From positions 381 through 64,380 of the forward strand of contig JAYUBF010000264.1 in NCBI GenBank assembly GCA_043741435.1: a stretch of DNA of 64,000 bases, given 5' to 3'. Numbering within the stretch: position 1 is the stretch's first letter; each line of letters starts with the position of its first letter. Under the pieces are notes generated by a model, which did not search any database, was not told the origin of the DNA, and saw only the letters and a program-made list of their open reading frames with translations. The position numbers and the translations under genes are program-made. This DNA comes from Myxococcales bacterium (GTDB lineage: Bacteria > Myxococcota_A > Polyangia > Palsa-1104). Shown piece by piece: positions 43,127 to 51,348 of this stretch.

Positions 43127-43465
43127 TCAGAAGGGACGAGGCGCGTGGGTTACGATCTGGACGACCGGCGCGTGTGACGAGAGGATTGCGCAGGTGCGCT
43201 CGAGGATGGCGTCCGTGGTCGCGTTGATCTCGAGACACAGGGAGCCCGCGCCTTCGTCGTCGGTGAGGCGGATCCAGCTCGTCTCGGTGCTGCCGTGCGG
43301 GTCGTCGCTCCAGACGGTGTGAACTGCCCCGTCGACCGCGTCGCTGCCATCGTGCTCGAACGCCAGCCCGAGCTCCGCGTTGGCGAGCGCCAGTGCGTGC
43401 TCGATGCGAGCGATGACGTCGGCGCGGTCGCTCGTAGGATCGAGGAGGAAGGCCCGGAATTGCAT
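43127..43465 (-). CDS. Hypothetical acidic protein, possibly truncated
   Basis: Coding-like codon use from MQFRAFLL; no family recognised. Confidence 0.4.
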   Translation of the reverse strand: MQFRAFLLDPTSDRADVIARIEHALALANAELGLAFEHDGSDAVDGAVHTVWSDDPHGSTETSWIRLTDDEGAGSLCLEINATTDAILERTCAILSSHAPVVQIVTHAPRPF

Positions 43466-43575
43466 GTCGACACCACTCGCGCTCATTGGGCAATTACACC
43501 ATGCAAAGCCGCCGGCACGGTCGAGCACCTGGCGCTCGTGCATCGCCGAGTGTTCATCGTCGATGCTCGGGATCG

Positions 43576-44127
43576 TTACGGCGTGTCGTTTAGGCAGGTG
43601 TCGTTGACGGGCTTGCAGGTGGCCGGGTTGCAGTCGGGGCTGCTCATGTTCGCGCACGTGCCGCCGAATGCGCGGGCGAACGCATCGTTGAGGCAGTTGC
43701 CGCAGGTGCCCATCGGGTCGCCGGCGCGATCGGTGAGCATGCTGCCAGGCGCGTCGAGGGTGCACTTGAAGCCACCAGCGTCGGCATTGCCGAGACAGTA
43801 GCTCCGACCGCAGTCGAGCATGTCGAGCCACGTGCTCGACACAGTGGAGGACTTCGCGTTCTTGTTGCAGGTGGTGACGCAACCCTGCAGCGTGGGGGTC
43901 GTGCCCGAGAGACAGTCGGTCATGCAGGTCGCGTAACCGGCGCAGCCGTACTTGGCGCCCATGTCCCGCGTCTTGGGTCCGTCGGCGCTCGACAGGTCGC
44001 CACCGAGGTCGATGCCGTGGACGGCGTCGTCGCCACCACACCCAACGAATGGGACGCTCGCGAGGAGCACGAAGCTAGCGATGCAGGACGCGTAGAGGAC
44101 GCGCAGGCATCTCAGCGCGTCAGCCAT
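43576..44127 (-). CDS. Cys-rich lipoprotein
   Basis: Lipobox FVGC; 17 Cys, many as CxxC/CxxxC; start overlaps the upstream stop. Confidence 0.75.
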   Translation of the reverse strand: MADALRCLRVLYASCIASFVLLASVPFVGCGGDDAVHGIDLGGDLSSADGPKTRDMGAKYGCAGYATCMTDCLSGTTPTLQGCVTTCNKNAKSSTVSSTWLDMLDCGRSYCLGNADAGGFKCTLDAPGSMLTDRAGDPMGTCGNCLNDAFARAFGGTCANMSSPDCNPATCKPVNDTCLNDTP

Positions 44128-45058
44128 CGGTGTAGCTCATCACGAGGTGCATCCAGCACTCCTCGTTCGCCGGGTTCACGTACGCGTGCGGCACGTCCGC
44201 GGAGAACACCGCCGCGTCGCCTTCTCCCAGCTCGAGCCGTTCTCCAGCGATCTCGATTTCGAGGCGGCCCGACGTAACCACGAGGTTCTCGCGTGTGCCG
44301 GGCTGGTGCGCGTCTGCTTCCTCGCGGCCGTGTGGAGCGAGCCAGAGCTCGTAGAACTCCACCTGCTTCTGCTCCCCGAACGGAAACAGCGCGCGCGAGG
44401 AGAAGCGATTGTCGGCGCTGACGAGGCGCTTGGCCTGCGCTTTGCGCAGGACGCTGGTGGTAATGCGCGCCGAGGTCGCGAGCAGCGACGAGAACGGCAC
44501 GTCGAACGCGCGCGCGATCTTCCACACCACGTTCACGCTCGGCACCGTTCGACCCAGCTCGATCTGTCCGAGGGTGGCTCGGCTGATGCCCGCGTGCTTC
44601 GCGAGGACGTCGAGCGTCATTCCGCGGTTGGTGCGGAGAACGCGGACGTTCTCGCCGACGATCGTGTCGAGTGATGGCTCCGGAGCGTCCACCTTGGCGG
44701 GCTCGTTGCCCGGAGGCGGTGCGGTTTTTTCGCGACGCGGTGGCTCGGGGACCTCGATCGGAAACCCCGCCTTGGCCCACGCCGCGGTGCCGCCCTCGAG
44801 GCTGTAGACGTCGCCGAAACCGAGGCCCTCGGCTAGCTTCGCGGCGGTGAGACTGCGCTGTCCGCGCTGACAAACGAGCAACACCTTGTCCCGCGGCAGG
44901 GCCCGCCTGGGATCGGCCTGTACCTGCGCGAGTGGCACGAGCCGCGCACCGGGTAGGTGCCCCGTCGCCCACTCGCCCGGCTCGCGCACGTCGACGATGT
45001 CGAGGCCGCCCGCCACGATGAGCGCTTGCACGTCCGTCGGTGAGAGCGTCCTCGTCAC
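44120..45058 (-). CDS. Rhodanese + XRE HTH + cupin transcriptional regulator (SutR-like fusion)
   Basis: DVREPGEW..GHLPGA, CQRGQRS, LEGGTAAW; Pro linker; HTH ISRATLGQIELG..PSVNVVWKIA; cupin H.PGTRENL, GDAAVFSADVPHAYVN. Confidence 0.9.
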   Translation of the reverse strand: MTRTLSPTDVQALIVAGGLDIVDVREPGEWATGHLPGARLVPLAQVQADPRRALPRDKVLLVCQRGQRSLTAAKLAEGLGFGDVYSLEGGTAAWAKAGFPIEVPEPPRREKTAPPPGNEPAKVDAPEPSLDTIVGENVRVLRTNRGMTLDVLAKHAGISRATLGQIELGRTVPSVNVVWKIARAFDVPFSSLLATSARITTSVLRKAQAKRLVSADNRFSSRALFPFGEQKQVEFYELWLAPHGREEADAHQPGTRENLVVTSGRLEIEIAGERLELGEGDAAVFSADVPHAYVNPANEECWMHLVMSYTDG

Positions 45059-46863
45059 GAGCGCGTCGCGCGACCACTCTGCAAGCGATGAAGCGCTGCC
45101 ACGAGCGCGTCGACGTCCTCGCACGTGTTGTACGGCGCGAACGACGCGCGCACGGAGTGCTCGACGCCGAAGCGTCGCAAGATCGGTTGTGCGCAGTGAT
45201 GCCCGGAGCGGACGGCGATCCCTTCCTTGTCGAGTAGCCCGCCGACTTCTTCGGTCTTCTGGCCGGCGAGGACGAAGGACACCACGCCGGCCTTCTCGGC
45301 AGCGGTGCCGATCATGGTGAGCCCCGGCACGGTCGCGAGCTGCTCCGTGGCGTACACGAGGAGATCGTGCTCGTGGCGGCTGACATTCTCGATGCCCACC
45401 CGGGTGAGCCAGTCGAGCGCTGCCCCGAGGCCGACCGCGTCGGCGATGTTGCCGGTCCCAGCCTCGAAGCGCGCGGGCGGGGGCTGATAGCGCGTGCGCT
45501 CGAACGTGACGTCCTCGATCATGTTGCCGCCACCTTGCCACGGCGGCATTTCTTCCAGGACTGCGCCCTTGGCGATGACCGCACCGATTCCGGTCGGGGC
45601 GAAGACCTTGTGACCGGAGAAGACGTAGAAGTCGCTGTCGAGGGCCTGCACGTCGACGCGCATGTGCGAGACGGCTTGGGCACCGTCGACGAGCACCTTT
45701 GCGCCATGCCGGTGCGCCATGTCCACGATCTGCTTGATGGGCGTGATGGTGCCGAGCGCGTTCGAGACCTGCGTGATGGAGACGATTCGTGTCCGCGGCC
45801 CGAGCAGCTTCTCGTACTCGGACAGGATGATTTGCCCGGTGTCGTCGACGGGAGCGACGCGCAGGCGTGCGCCTTTCTCGGCTGCGAGCATCTGCCAGGG
45901 TACGATGTTCGCGTGGTGCTCGAGCCATGACACCACGATCTCGTCATCGGGCCCGACGTTGCGACGACCCCAACTCTGCGCGACGAGGTTGATGCCCTCC
46001 GTGGCCCCACGCACGAAGACCACGTCGCGCACGGACGGCGCATTCACGAAGCGGCGGACCGATTCCCGCGCGCCTTCGTACGCCTCGGTGGCGCGAGTCG
46101 CCAGCGTGTGCGCGGCGCGATGGATGTTGGAGTTCTCGGTCTCGTAGAACTTGCTCAGGCGATCGATCACGGCGCGCGGCTTTTGTGTGGTCGCCGCATT
46201 GTCCAGCCACACCAGCCGCTTGCCGTTCACGCGCTGCTCCAAGATCGGAAACTCGCGGCGGATGGCGTAGGCATCGAAGGCATTGCCCGAGGTCGGCGCG
46301 AGCGCGGGCGAGGTGAGCGGGTCGAGCTCGTGGTCCGGTATTGCGAGAGGCTGGCTCGTAGGGATGGTCCCTCGCGCAGGCGCCGCCGTAACGGGAGGCG
46401 CCTCTTCCGGATCGAACAGCGGGAAGCGCAGCAAGTTCGCGAGCTCGCCCAGGGCGGATGGATGCACCCCCGCGTCGGCGAACGCGTCCAGGTTCGGCGC
46501 GCTGTGAAACGGCGACCACGACGTCGCGGGCGACGGTGCCGTCGGTGTCGCCACGGTCGACGGAATCGTGGGAACCGAGCCTGTCGCCGCCGCGGTCGGC
46601 ACGGTGGACGTGGGCACGGCCACCGGTGCTGCCGCGGCGGATGCCCCGAACAGATCGTTCGCCATGCGCGACATCACCATCGTGAGCGTGGCGGGATCCC
46701 AGTCGGGCAGCGTCGGCGCACCGGGCACACGGGCGCCTGCGAGCGCGACGCCCGGCGTCGGCACGTGGCCGGGCACCGAGTGCGCGGTCGTCGGGGATGG
46801 CGCGTGCCCGAGGAGCAGGTTCACCTCCTCGGGGGACCCACCACCCGAATCAGGCGTACTCAT
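45055..46863 (-). CDS. Encapsulin-cargo cysteine desulfurase (SufS class) with N-terminal cargo-loading region
   Basis: LDNAATTQKP, SGHKVF, FEAGT, RSGHHCA; ~195-aa Pro/Ala/Thr-rich extension containing MSRMANDLF. Confidence 0.93.
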   Translation of the reverse strand: MSTPDSGGGSPEEVNLLLGHAPSPTTAHSVPGHVPTPGVALAGARVPGAPTLPDWDPATLTMVMSRMANDLFGASAAAAPVAVPTSTVPTAAATGSVPTIPSTVATPTAPSPATSWSPFHSAPNLDAFADAGVHPSALGELANLLRFPLFDPEEAPPVTAAPARGTIPTSQPLAIPDHELDPLTSPALAPTSGNAFDAYAIRREFPILEQRVNGKRLVWLDNAATTQKPRAVIDRLSKFYETENSNIHRAAHTLATRATEAYEGARESVRRFVNAPSVRDVVFVRGATEGINLVAQSWGRRNVGPDDEIVVSWLEHHANIVPWQMLAAEKGARLRVAPVDDTGQIILSEYEKLLGPRTRIVSITQVSNALGTITPIKQIVDMAHRHGAKVLVDGAQAVSHMRVDVQALDSDFYVFSGHKVFAPTGIGAVIAKGAVLEEMPPWQGGGNMIEDVTFERTRYQPPPARFEAGTGNIADAVGLGAALDWLTRVGIENVSRHEHDLLVYATEQLATVPGLTMIGTAAEKAGVVSFVLAGQKTEEVGGLLDKEGIAVRSGHHCAQPILRRFGVEHSVRASFAPYNTCEDVDALVAALHRLQSGRATRS

Positions 46864-47755
46864 GGAAGTGATCGATGACCACGCCTTCGAGCACGCCGAG
46901 CGCGTCGTGCGTGAGCACGGCCGAGGAGCAATACAGCGAGAGCAAGTACGACGCGTGGGCCGCTTGGTTGATTCCCATGAGACGCACCGACAAGCTCGGG
47001 CTCACCTCGCCGGGAATTCCGGGCTGGAAGAGACCGATGACGCCGCGCTTCCGCTCACCCGTGCGGAGCAACAGGATGTCGCTCTTGTTGCCCTTGATGG
47101 GCAGCTTGTCGCACGGGACGATCGGGAGACCGCGCCACGTGATGAACGGTGCGCCGAACAGCGTGACCGTCGCGGGTGGCACGCCGCGACGGGTGCACTC
47201 GCGTCCGAAGGCAGCGACGGCCTTCGGGTGCGCGAGGAAGAAGCTCGGCTCCTTCCACACCGTGGAAATGAGGTTGTCGAAGTCGTCGGGCGTCGGCGTT
47301 TCCTTGCGCGGCTTGATGCGCATGTCGGGATCGACGCTCGCGAGCAGGCCGTAGCTGTGGTTGTTGATGAGCTCGTGTTCTTGCTTTTCTTTCAGCTTCT
47401 CGACGGCAAGGCTCAGCTGTTCCTTCACTTGATCGTGCGGGCTGCGAAACAGGTCCGAGATGCGCGTGGAGACCTCGATGGTCGTGGTGACCGAGCTCAG
47501 CACGTACTCGCGTGGCTGGCCGTCGTAGTCGCTGAAGCCGACGGGGAGCGGCTCGCCGGGCTCGGGGGTGCACTTCACGGCGAAGTCGTCGTCGAGGGCC
47601 TGGTTCACCCGGTACACACCGGCCTCTACCGGCGTCCAAGGCAAGAGCTGCACGAGCCAGCGCGGTGTCGCGCCACGCCACTGTGGTGGAGTCTTGGTGG
47701 TATTCGAGAGCTGCCGTGCTGCTCGTTCACCTACGTGACGCAATTGCTCGGACAT
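46850..47755 (-). CDS. Family 2A encapsulin shell protein (SrpI-like)
   Basis: AARQLSNTTKTPPQ..TPRWLVQLLPW.PVEAGVYRVN, PREY, PTPDDFD, FFLAHP, WRGLPIVPCDK, GVIGLFQ; 301 aa. Confidence 0.93.
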   Translation of the reverse strand: MSEQLRHVGERAARQLSNTTKTPPQWRGATPRWLVQLLPWTPVEAGVYRVNQALDDDFAVKCTPEPGEPLPVGFSDYDGQPREYVLSSVTTTIEVSTRISDLFRSPHDQVKEQLSLAVEKLKEKQEHELINNHSYGLLASVDPDMRIKPRKETPTPDDFDNLISTVWKEPSFFLAHPKAVAAFGRECTRRGVPPATVTLFGAPFITWRGLPIVPCDKLPIKGNKSDILLLRTGERKRGVIGLFQPGIPGEVSPSLSVRLMGINQAAHASYLLSLYCSSAVLTHDALGVLEGVVIDHFHEYA

Positions 47756-47833
47756 TGTGACCGCCCCCTGTTGAGAAGGTGGCAGCGTAGAGGACTCTCG
47801 GGTGGCCGCGCAACGCCATACTCACCGGATGAT

Positions 47834-49405
47834 TCAGTCGACCCGCCGCCACACCACGATGCCGGCGATCCGTGCGTCGATGCGATACTTCGCGGCGAGC
47901 ACGCTCGCGAGCGCGGGGTAGTGGTCGATGGGATACTTGCCGTACGACTTGTACCCAGCCGCTGCCGTGTCGAGCACCAGCGTCGGCGGACGGGTGGCGA
48001 AGTCGACGGCGAGCAGGTCCCACGCCTTCGCCACCTCGGTCTGCTTCGTCTGCACCTTCGGGTCGTCCTCCGACGGGGTCGCCGGTGACAGACCGGTGAG
48101 GTAGTTGCAGAACGTGAAGCGTGCACCGGAGAGACGATCGGCGGCGTGATAGAGCTGCGGGACGTTGCCCCACACCCACACGGTGTCGTCGGGGCGAGTG
48201 ATCTCCTGAATCGCGCGACCGATCTTGCGGTAGTCCGGATCGTCCGCGTTGAGGATCGGCTGCGAGACCGACGGCACGATGGCGATGACGAAGAACGCCA
48301 GCGCGGGTGCTGTCCACGCGGCGAGCACGGCGCGCGGGGCCCGCGTCGCCCAGTGTGCGAGGACCGGGGCACCCGTGAGCGCGAGGCACAGCTCGAGCTG
48401 TACGAAGTAGTGGCCGAAGAAGCGTCCACCGAGGGTCACGCAGGCGAAGACGAGGAGCGTGAACGGCGCGAGCCACAGCGTGGCCTCGCTTCGCGCCCGC
48501 ACGATCCGCACGAGCCCAACGGTGCCGGCGGCGTAGAACAGGAGGCCCGGGATCACGACGCCGACGAGCTGCATGCACAGCCGGGTCAACGCGCCGACCA
48601 AGCTCGGCCCTTGTGAGATGTACGTGAGGTTGAAGAGCAGGGCCCAGTCCACCACGTCGCCGAGCACGCCGCGGCTCGCGAAGTAAGCGGTGATGGCGCC
48701 GACGACGGCGAGGAACCCCGCGGCCGAGGAGGCGAGGCCAGCGAACGCGGCCACCACGTGATCGCGCATGGATGCGCCGCGCGCGATCCAGAGGAACGGC
48801 AACGCGACGGCCACCGCGATGCCTTGGTACTTGTAGGCGGTGGCCGCCGCCACGAGGGCACCGGCGAGCGCGTCGAGCACGACCCGGGCGAGGCCTTTGC
48901 GTGAGCTCGCCTCGAGCGTGGAGAGCAGAGCGAACGCCGTGGGCATGTTGAGCATGAGCTCGCCGTTCACGGCGAGACCGTCGACCGGTTGCTTGATCGT
49001 GGATGCCACCGCGTAGCTCAGCGCTGCCCAGCCTGCAGCGTCGGTCTGCGGGAAGGCTCGTCGTGCCACGCCGGCGAGCGCGAGGCAGGTGAGCAAGGCG
49101 TAGACGAGCCCGAGTGTGTGCACCGCGTGCGCGACGTGGTCCGCGGTCGCGTGGACCCCACCCACGAGCGCGCGCATCGCGGCGTAGCTGTAGGTCAGGC
49201 CCGGCGGCTTGTGGTCGACGGTGTCGTGGTACATGACACCGCCGGCCGAGACGGTGTGGGCCATCGCGTCGTAGATGGCTTCGTCGTCGGAGATGACGTC
49301 GTAGCGATACGCGGGCACGCGCGTGGCGATGCAGACGAGCACCGCGAGCACGACGAGGCCAAGCCCTCGGGGCCGTCGCGCCGTTTGCGAGCTCTCGCCG
49401 TCCAT
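47834..49405 (-). CDS. PMT/ArnT-like (GT-C) membrane glycosyltransferase
   Basis: DDEAIY, DHKPPG, NGELMLN, RFFGHYF; many TM helices. Confidence 0.85.
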   Translation of the reverse strand: MDGESSQTARRPRGLGLVVLAVLVCIATRVPAYRYDVISDDEAIYDAMAHTVSAGGVMYHDTVDHKPPGLTYSYAAMRALVGGVHATADHVAHAVHTLGLVYALLTCLALAGVARRAFPQTDAAGWAALSYAVASTIKQPVDGLAVNGELMLNMPTAFALLSTLEASSRKGLARVVLDALAGALVAAATAYKYQGIAVAVALPFLWIARGASMRDHVVAAFAGLASSAAGFLAVVGAITAYFASRGVLGDVVDWALLFNLTYISQGPSLVGALTRLCMQLVGVVIPGLLFYAAGTVGLVRIVRARSEATLWLAPFTLLVFACVTLGGRFFGHYFVQLELCLALTGAPVLAHWATRAPRAVLAAWTAPALAFFVIAIVPSVSQPILNADDPDYRKIGRAIQEITRPDDTVWVWGNVPQLYHAADRLSGARFTFCNYLTGLSPATPSEDDPKVQTKQTEVAKAWDLLAVDFATRPPTLVLDTAAAGYKSYGKYPIDHYPALASVLAAKYRIDARIAGIVVWRRVD

Positions 49406-49454
49406 GCGGCGCGGACTCTAGCCGCAACGAAGAACGCACGTATACTGTTCGCCG

Positions 49455-50063
49455 ATGAGCGGGCCCCAGGCTGCCTACCAGAAGCTCTACCGCGACGTGG
49501 TCGAGCCGACCGCGGGCGATCTCGACTTCGTGATCCATCCAAAGGGCGACGAGCAACCCGCGATCGACATACACGTCTACCGCAATCCGACGGCTTGCTA
49601 TCTCGTGACGGTGGGGATGTCGATCGAGCAGACGCCGGGGAAGGCGACCGGCCTCCAGCGCGCGGAGCTGGTGTGGAAGACGGTGGCAGCCACCTCGGAT
49701 CGCCCGACGCTGGAGCGGCTCGCACTGCTCCTGCATCGCGCCGCGATGTCGCCGTTTCGCGACAACTTCGCCATCGCCCCGGGTCACACGATCAGCGACA
49801 CCGCGTCGGGTGCGTTGCTGACGGGGCTCGGCATGTACGGCGTCATCCTCGTGCCGGCGGAGCGCAACATCCCGTTTGCCGCGGCCCTGTCGCAGGCGAT
49901 CGAGCCTGGGGAGCTGCTCGAGACCGTCGAGCTCACCAAGGAAGAGCTGGAGCGTGCGGAGCGCACTCGCGATACGCACGTGCTCATCGCTCTTGCCCGC
50001 GAGATCCGCGCCGCCCGGCCGGCGTACGACATCGGCGCCGATCGCGCGATCTACTCGTCGTAG
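49455..50063 (+). CDS. Suppressor-of-fused (SUFU)-like protein
   Basis: IDIHVY, LVTVGMS, RAELV, PGHTI, LTKEELE. Confidence 0.7.
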   Translation: MSGPQAAYQKLYRDVVEPTAGDLDFVIHPKGDEQPAIDIHVYRNPTACYLVTVGMSIEQTPGKATGLQRAELVWKTVAATSDRPTLERLALLLHRAAMSPFRDNFAIAPGHTISDTASGALLTGLGMYGVILVPAERNIPFAAALSQAIEPGELLETVELTKEELERAERTRDTHVLIALAREIRAARPAYDIGADRAIYSS

Positions 50064-50065
50064 CG

Positions 50066-50347
50066 CTACGGCGCGACGTTCACGGTGATGACCCGGCGGC
50101 GGCCGAGCGCACCCGTGAGGGCCACGAAGCCGCAGTCCGTCTTGCCGGCGCGCAGGCCCTTGATGCGGAAGCTCTCGTCCCCGGCCACCACGTCCACGAT
50201 CGAGACGTCGTCGCAAATCACCTGCGCAGGCAGAAACCCGGGGCTGAAGTCGACACCAGCACCGACCTTCACGGTCACCGTCTCGGCGTAGGCGAGGGCC
50301 GATGTCAGCGCGCACGCGAGGAGGACAGTAGCCCTGAGGTGCCTCAT
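50066..50347 (-). CDS. Small secreted Ig-like protein (pilus-formation N-terminal-like)
   Basis: Signal peptide; ICDDVSIVDV..IKGLRAGKTDC. Confidence 0.6.
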   Translation of the reverse strand: MRHLRATVLLACALTSALAYAETVTVKVGAGVDFSPGFLPAQVICDDVSIVDVVAGDESFRIKGLRAGKTDCGFVALTGALGRRRVITVNVAP

Positions 50348-50418
50348 CCATCGAGCGTCGCACGACCCGGGCTACCCACCTAGGTTTTGCACCAGGTCCT
50401 CGACTATGCTGCTTCCGC

Positions 50419-50748
50419 GTGACGCCGATTCTGCCAGACGATGGCGACACGTTCGGTCGAGGGCCGCAGCTGCGCGCGGTGCTGCCGTCCGATGCACGCC
50501 TGCGCACCGTCGTCGGTCCGGGTCGCATCGGGAAGACCACGTCGTTGCGGCGCCTGGCCACGTTGACGAGCGACACCGGCCTGCCGGTCGTCGTGTGCGA
50601 CCTCATCGGCAACTTGACCAAGCGGCTGGTGCGGCGTGGTGAGCTGCTGTTGGTGCTCGACAACCTGGAGCAGCTCGTGTCCGAAGGAGGCGTCGAGCGA
50701 ATCGCCGCATGGGTCGTCGCCGCGCCGCGCCACGGCTGCGTCTATTGA
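50419..50748 (+). pseudogene. NB-ARC/STAND ATPase relic
   Basis: Walker A VVGPGRIGKT and Walker B LLVLDNLEQL are abnormally close together; early stop. Confidence 0.6.
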
Positions 50749-51046
50749 CGGCGTCTCGCGTCGCGCTCGGGTGCCGGACGACTACGCGTGGTTGGTCCAG
50801 GTGTGGTTGACGACGGGGACGGGATTCCGAACGGAAACACCGACGCCGGAAGGTTGACCGGCACCATGCCGGCCCGCTGCGTCGAGCTCTCGGAGGCGAT
50901 CTTCTGAGCGCAGCTGGGGTCGATCGCCCGGAAGAGCGCGCGCTCGTGAAGCGGTGCGCGGACCCGGACGATTGCACAGCCAGCGTGTTGGAGCTCACGC
51001 GTGCGCTCGATGAGGCGGCAGAAGCGCTCTCCGAACCCGCGGCGCG

Positions 51047-51300
51047 AAGCATGGCCCGATCACGCGGCTCATGAGCCCATCCGACGTGGGCGAGATCATC
51101 AAGCCGTTCGTGTTCCTCGACGCCGTCGAGCTCGATCCCACGCACTTCGGCGACATGGGCCGGCACCCGCACTCCGGCATCGCCACCACGACCGTGGTGC
51201 TGACGGGCGCGGTTGGCTACGAAGAAACGACCGGCGCCAAGGGCGTGCTCTCGGCCGGTGGCGTGGAGTGGATGCAAGCGGGAAAGGGCGTGTGGCAGTG
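51047..51300 (+). pseudogene. Pirin N-terminal relic
   Basis: HGPITRLMSPSD..KPFVFLD, HPHSGIAT, GGVEWMQAGKGVW; then ends abruptly. Confidence 0.75.
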
Positions 51301-51348
51301 GTGCTTTCAGCTTGGCAGGCGACCAATGAAATGCTGTGCTGCCGCTTC

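Noticed and set aside
46850-47755. Prophage capsid interpretation of the encapsulin shell
   Set aside because: No terminase, portal or tail genes; motifs and the desulfurase partner fit a Family 2A encapsulin.
47727-50663. 978-aa minus-strand ORF and similar long Arg-rich ORFs (2485-4266, 21869-23467, 13023-14396)
   Set aside because: Off-frame or antisense shadows of recognisable genes, as expected at high GC.
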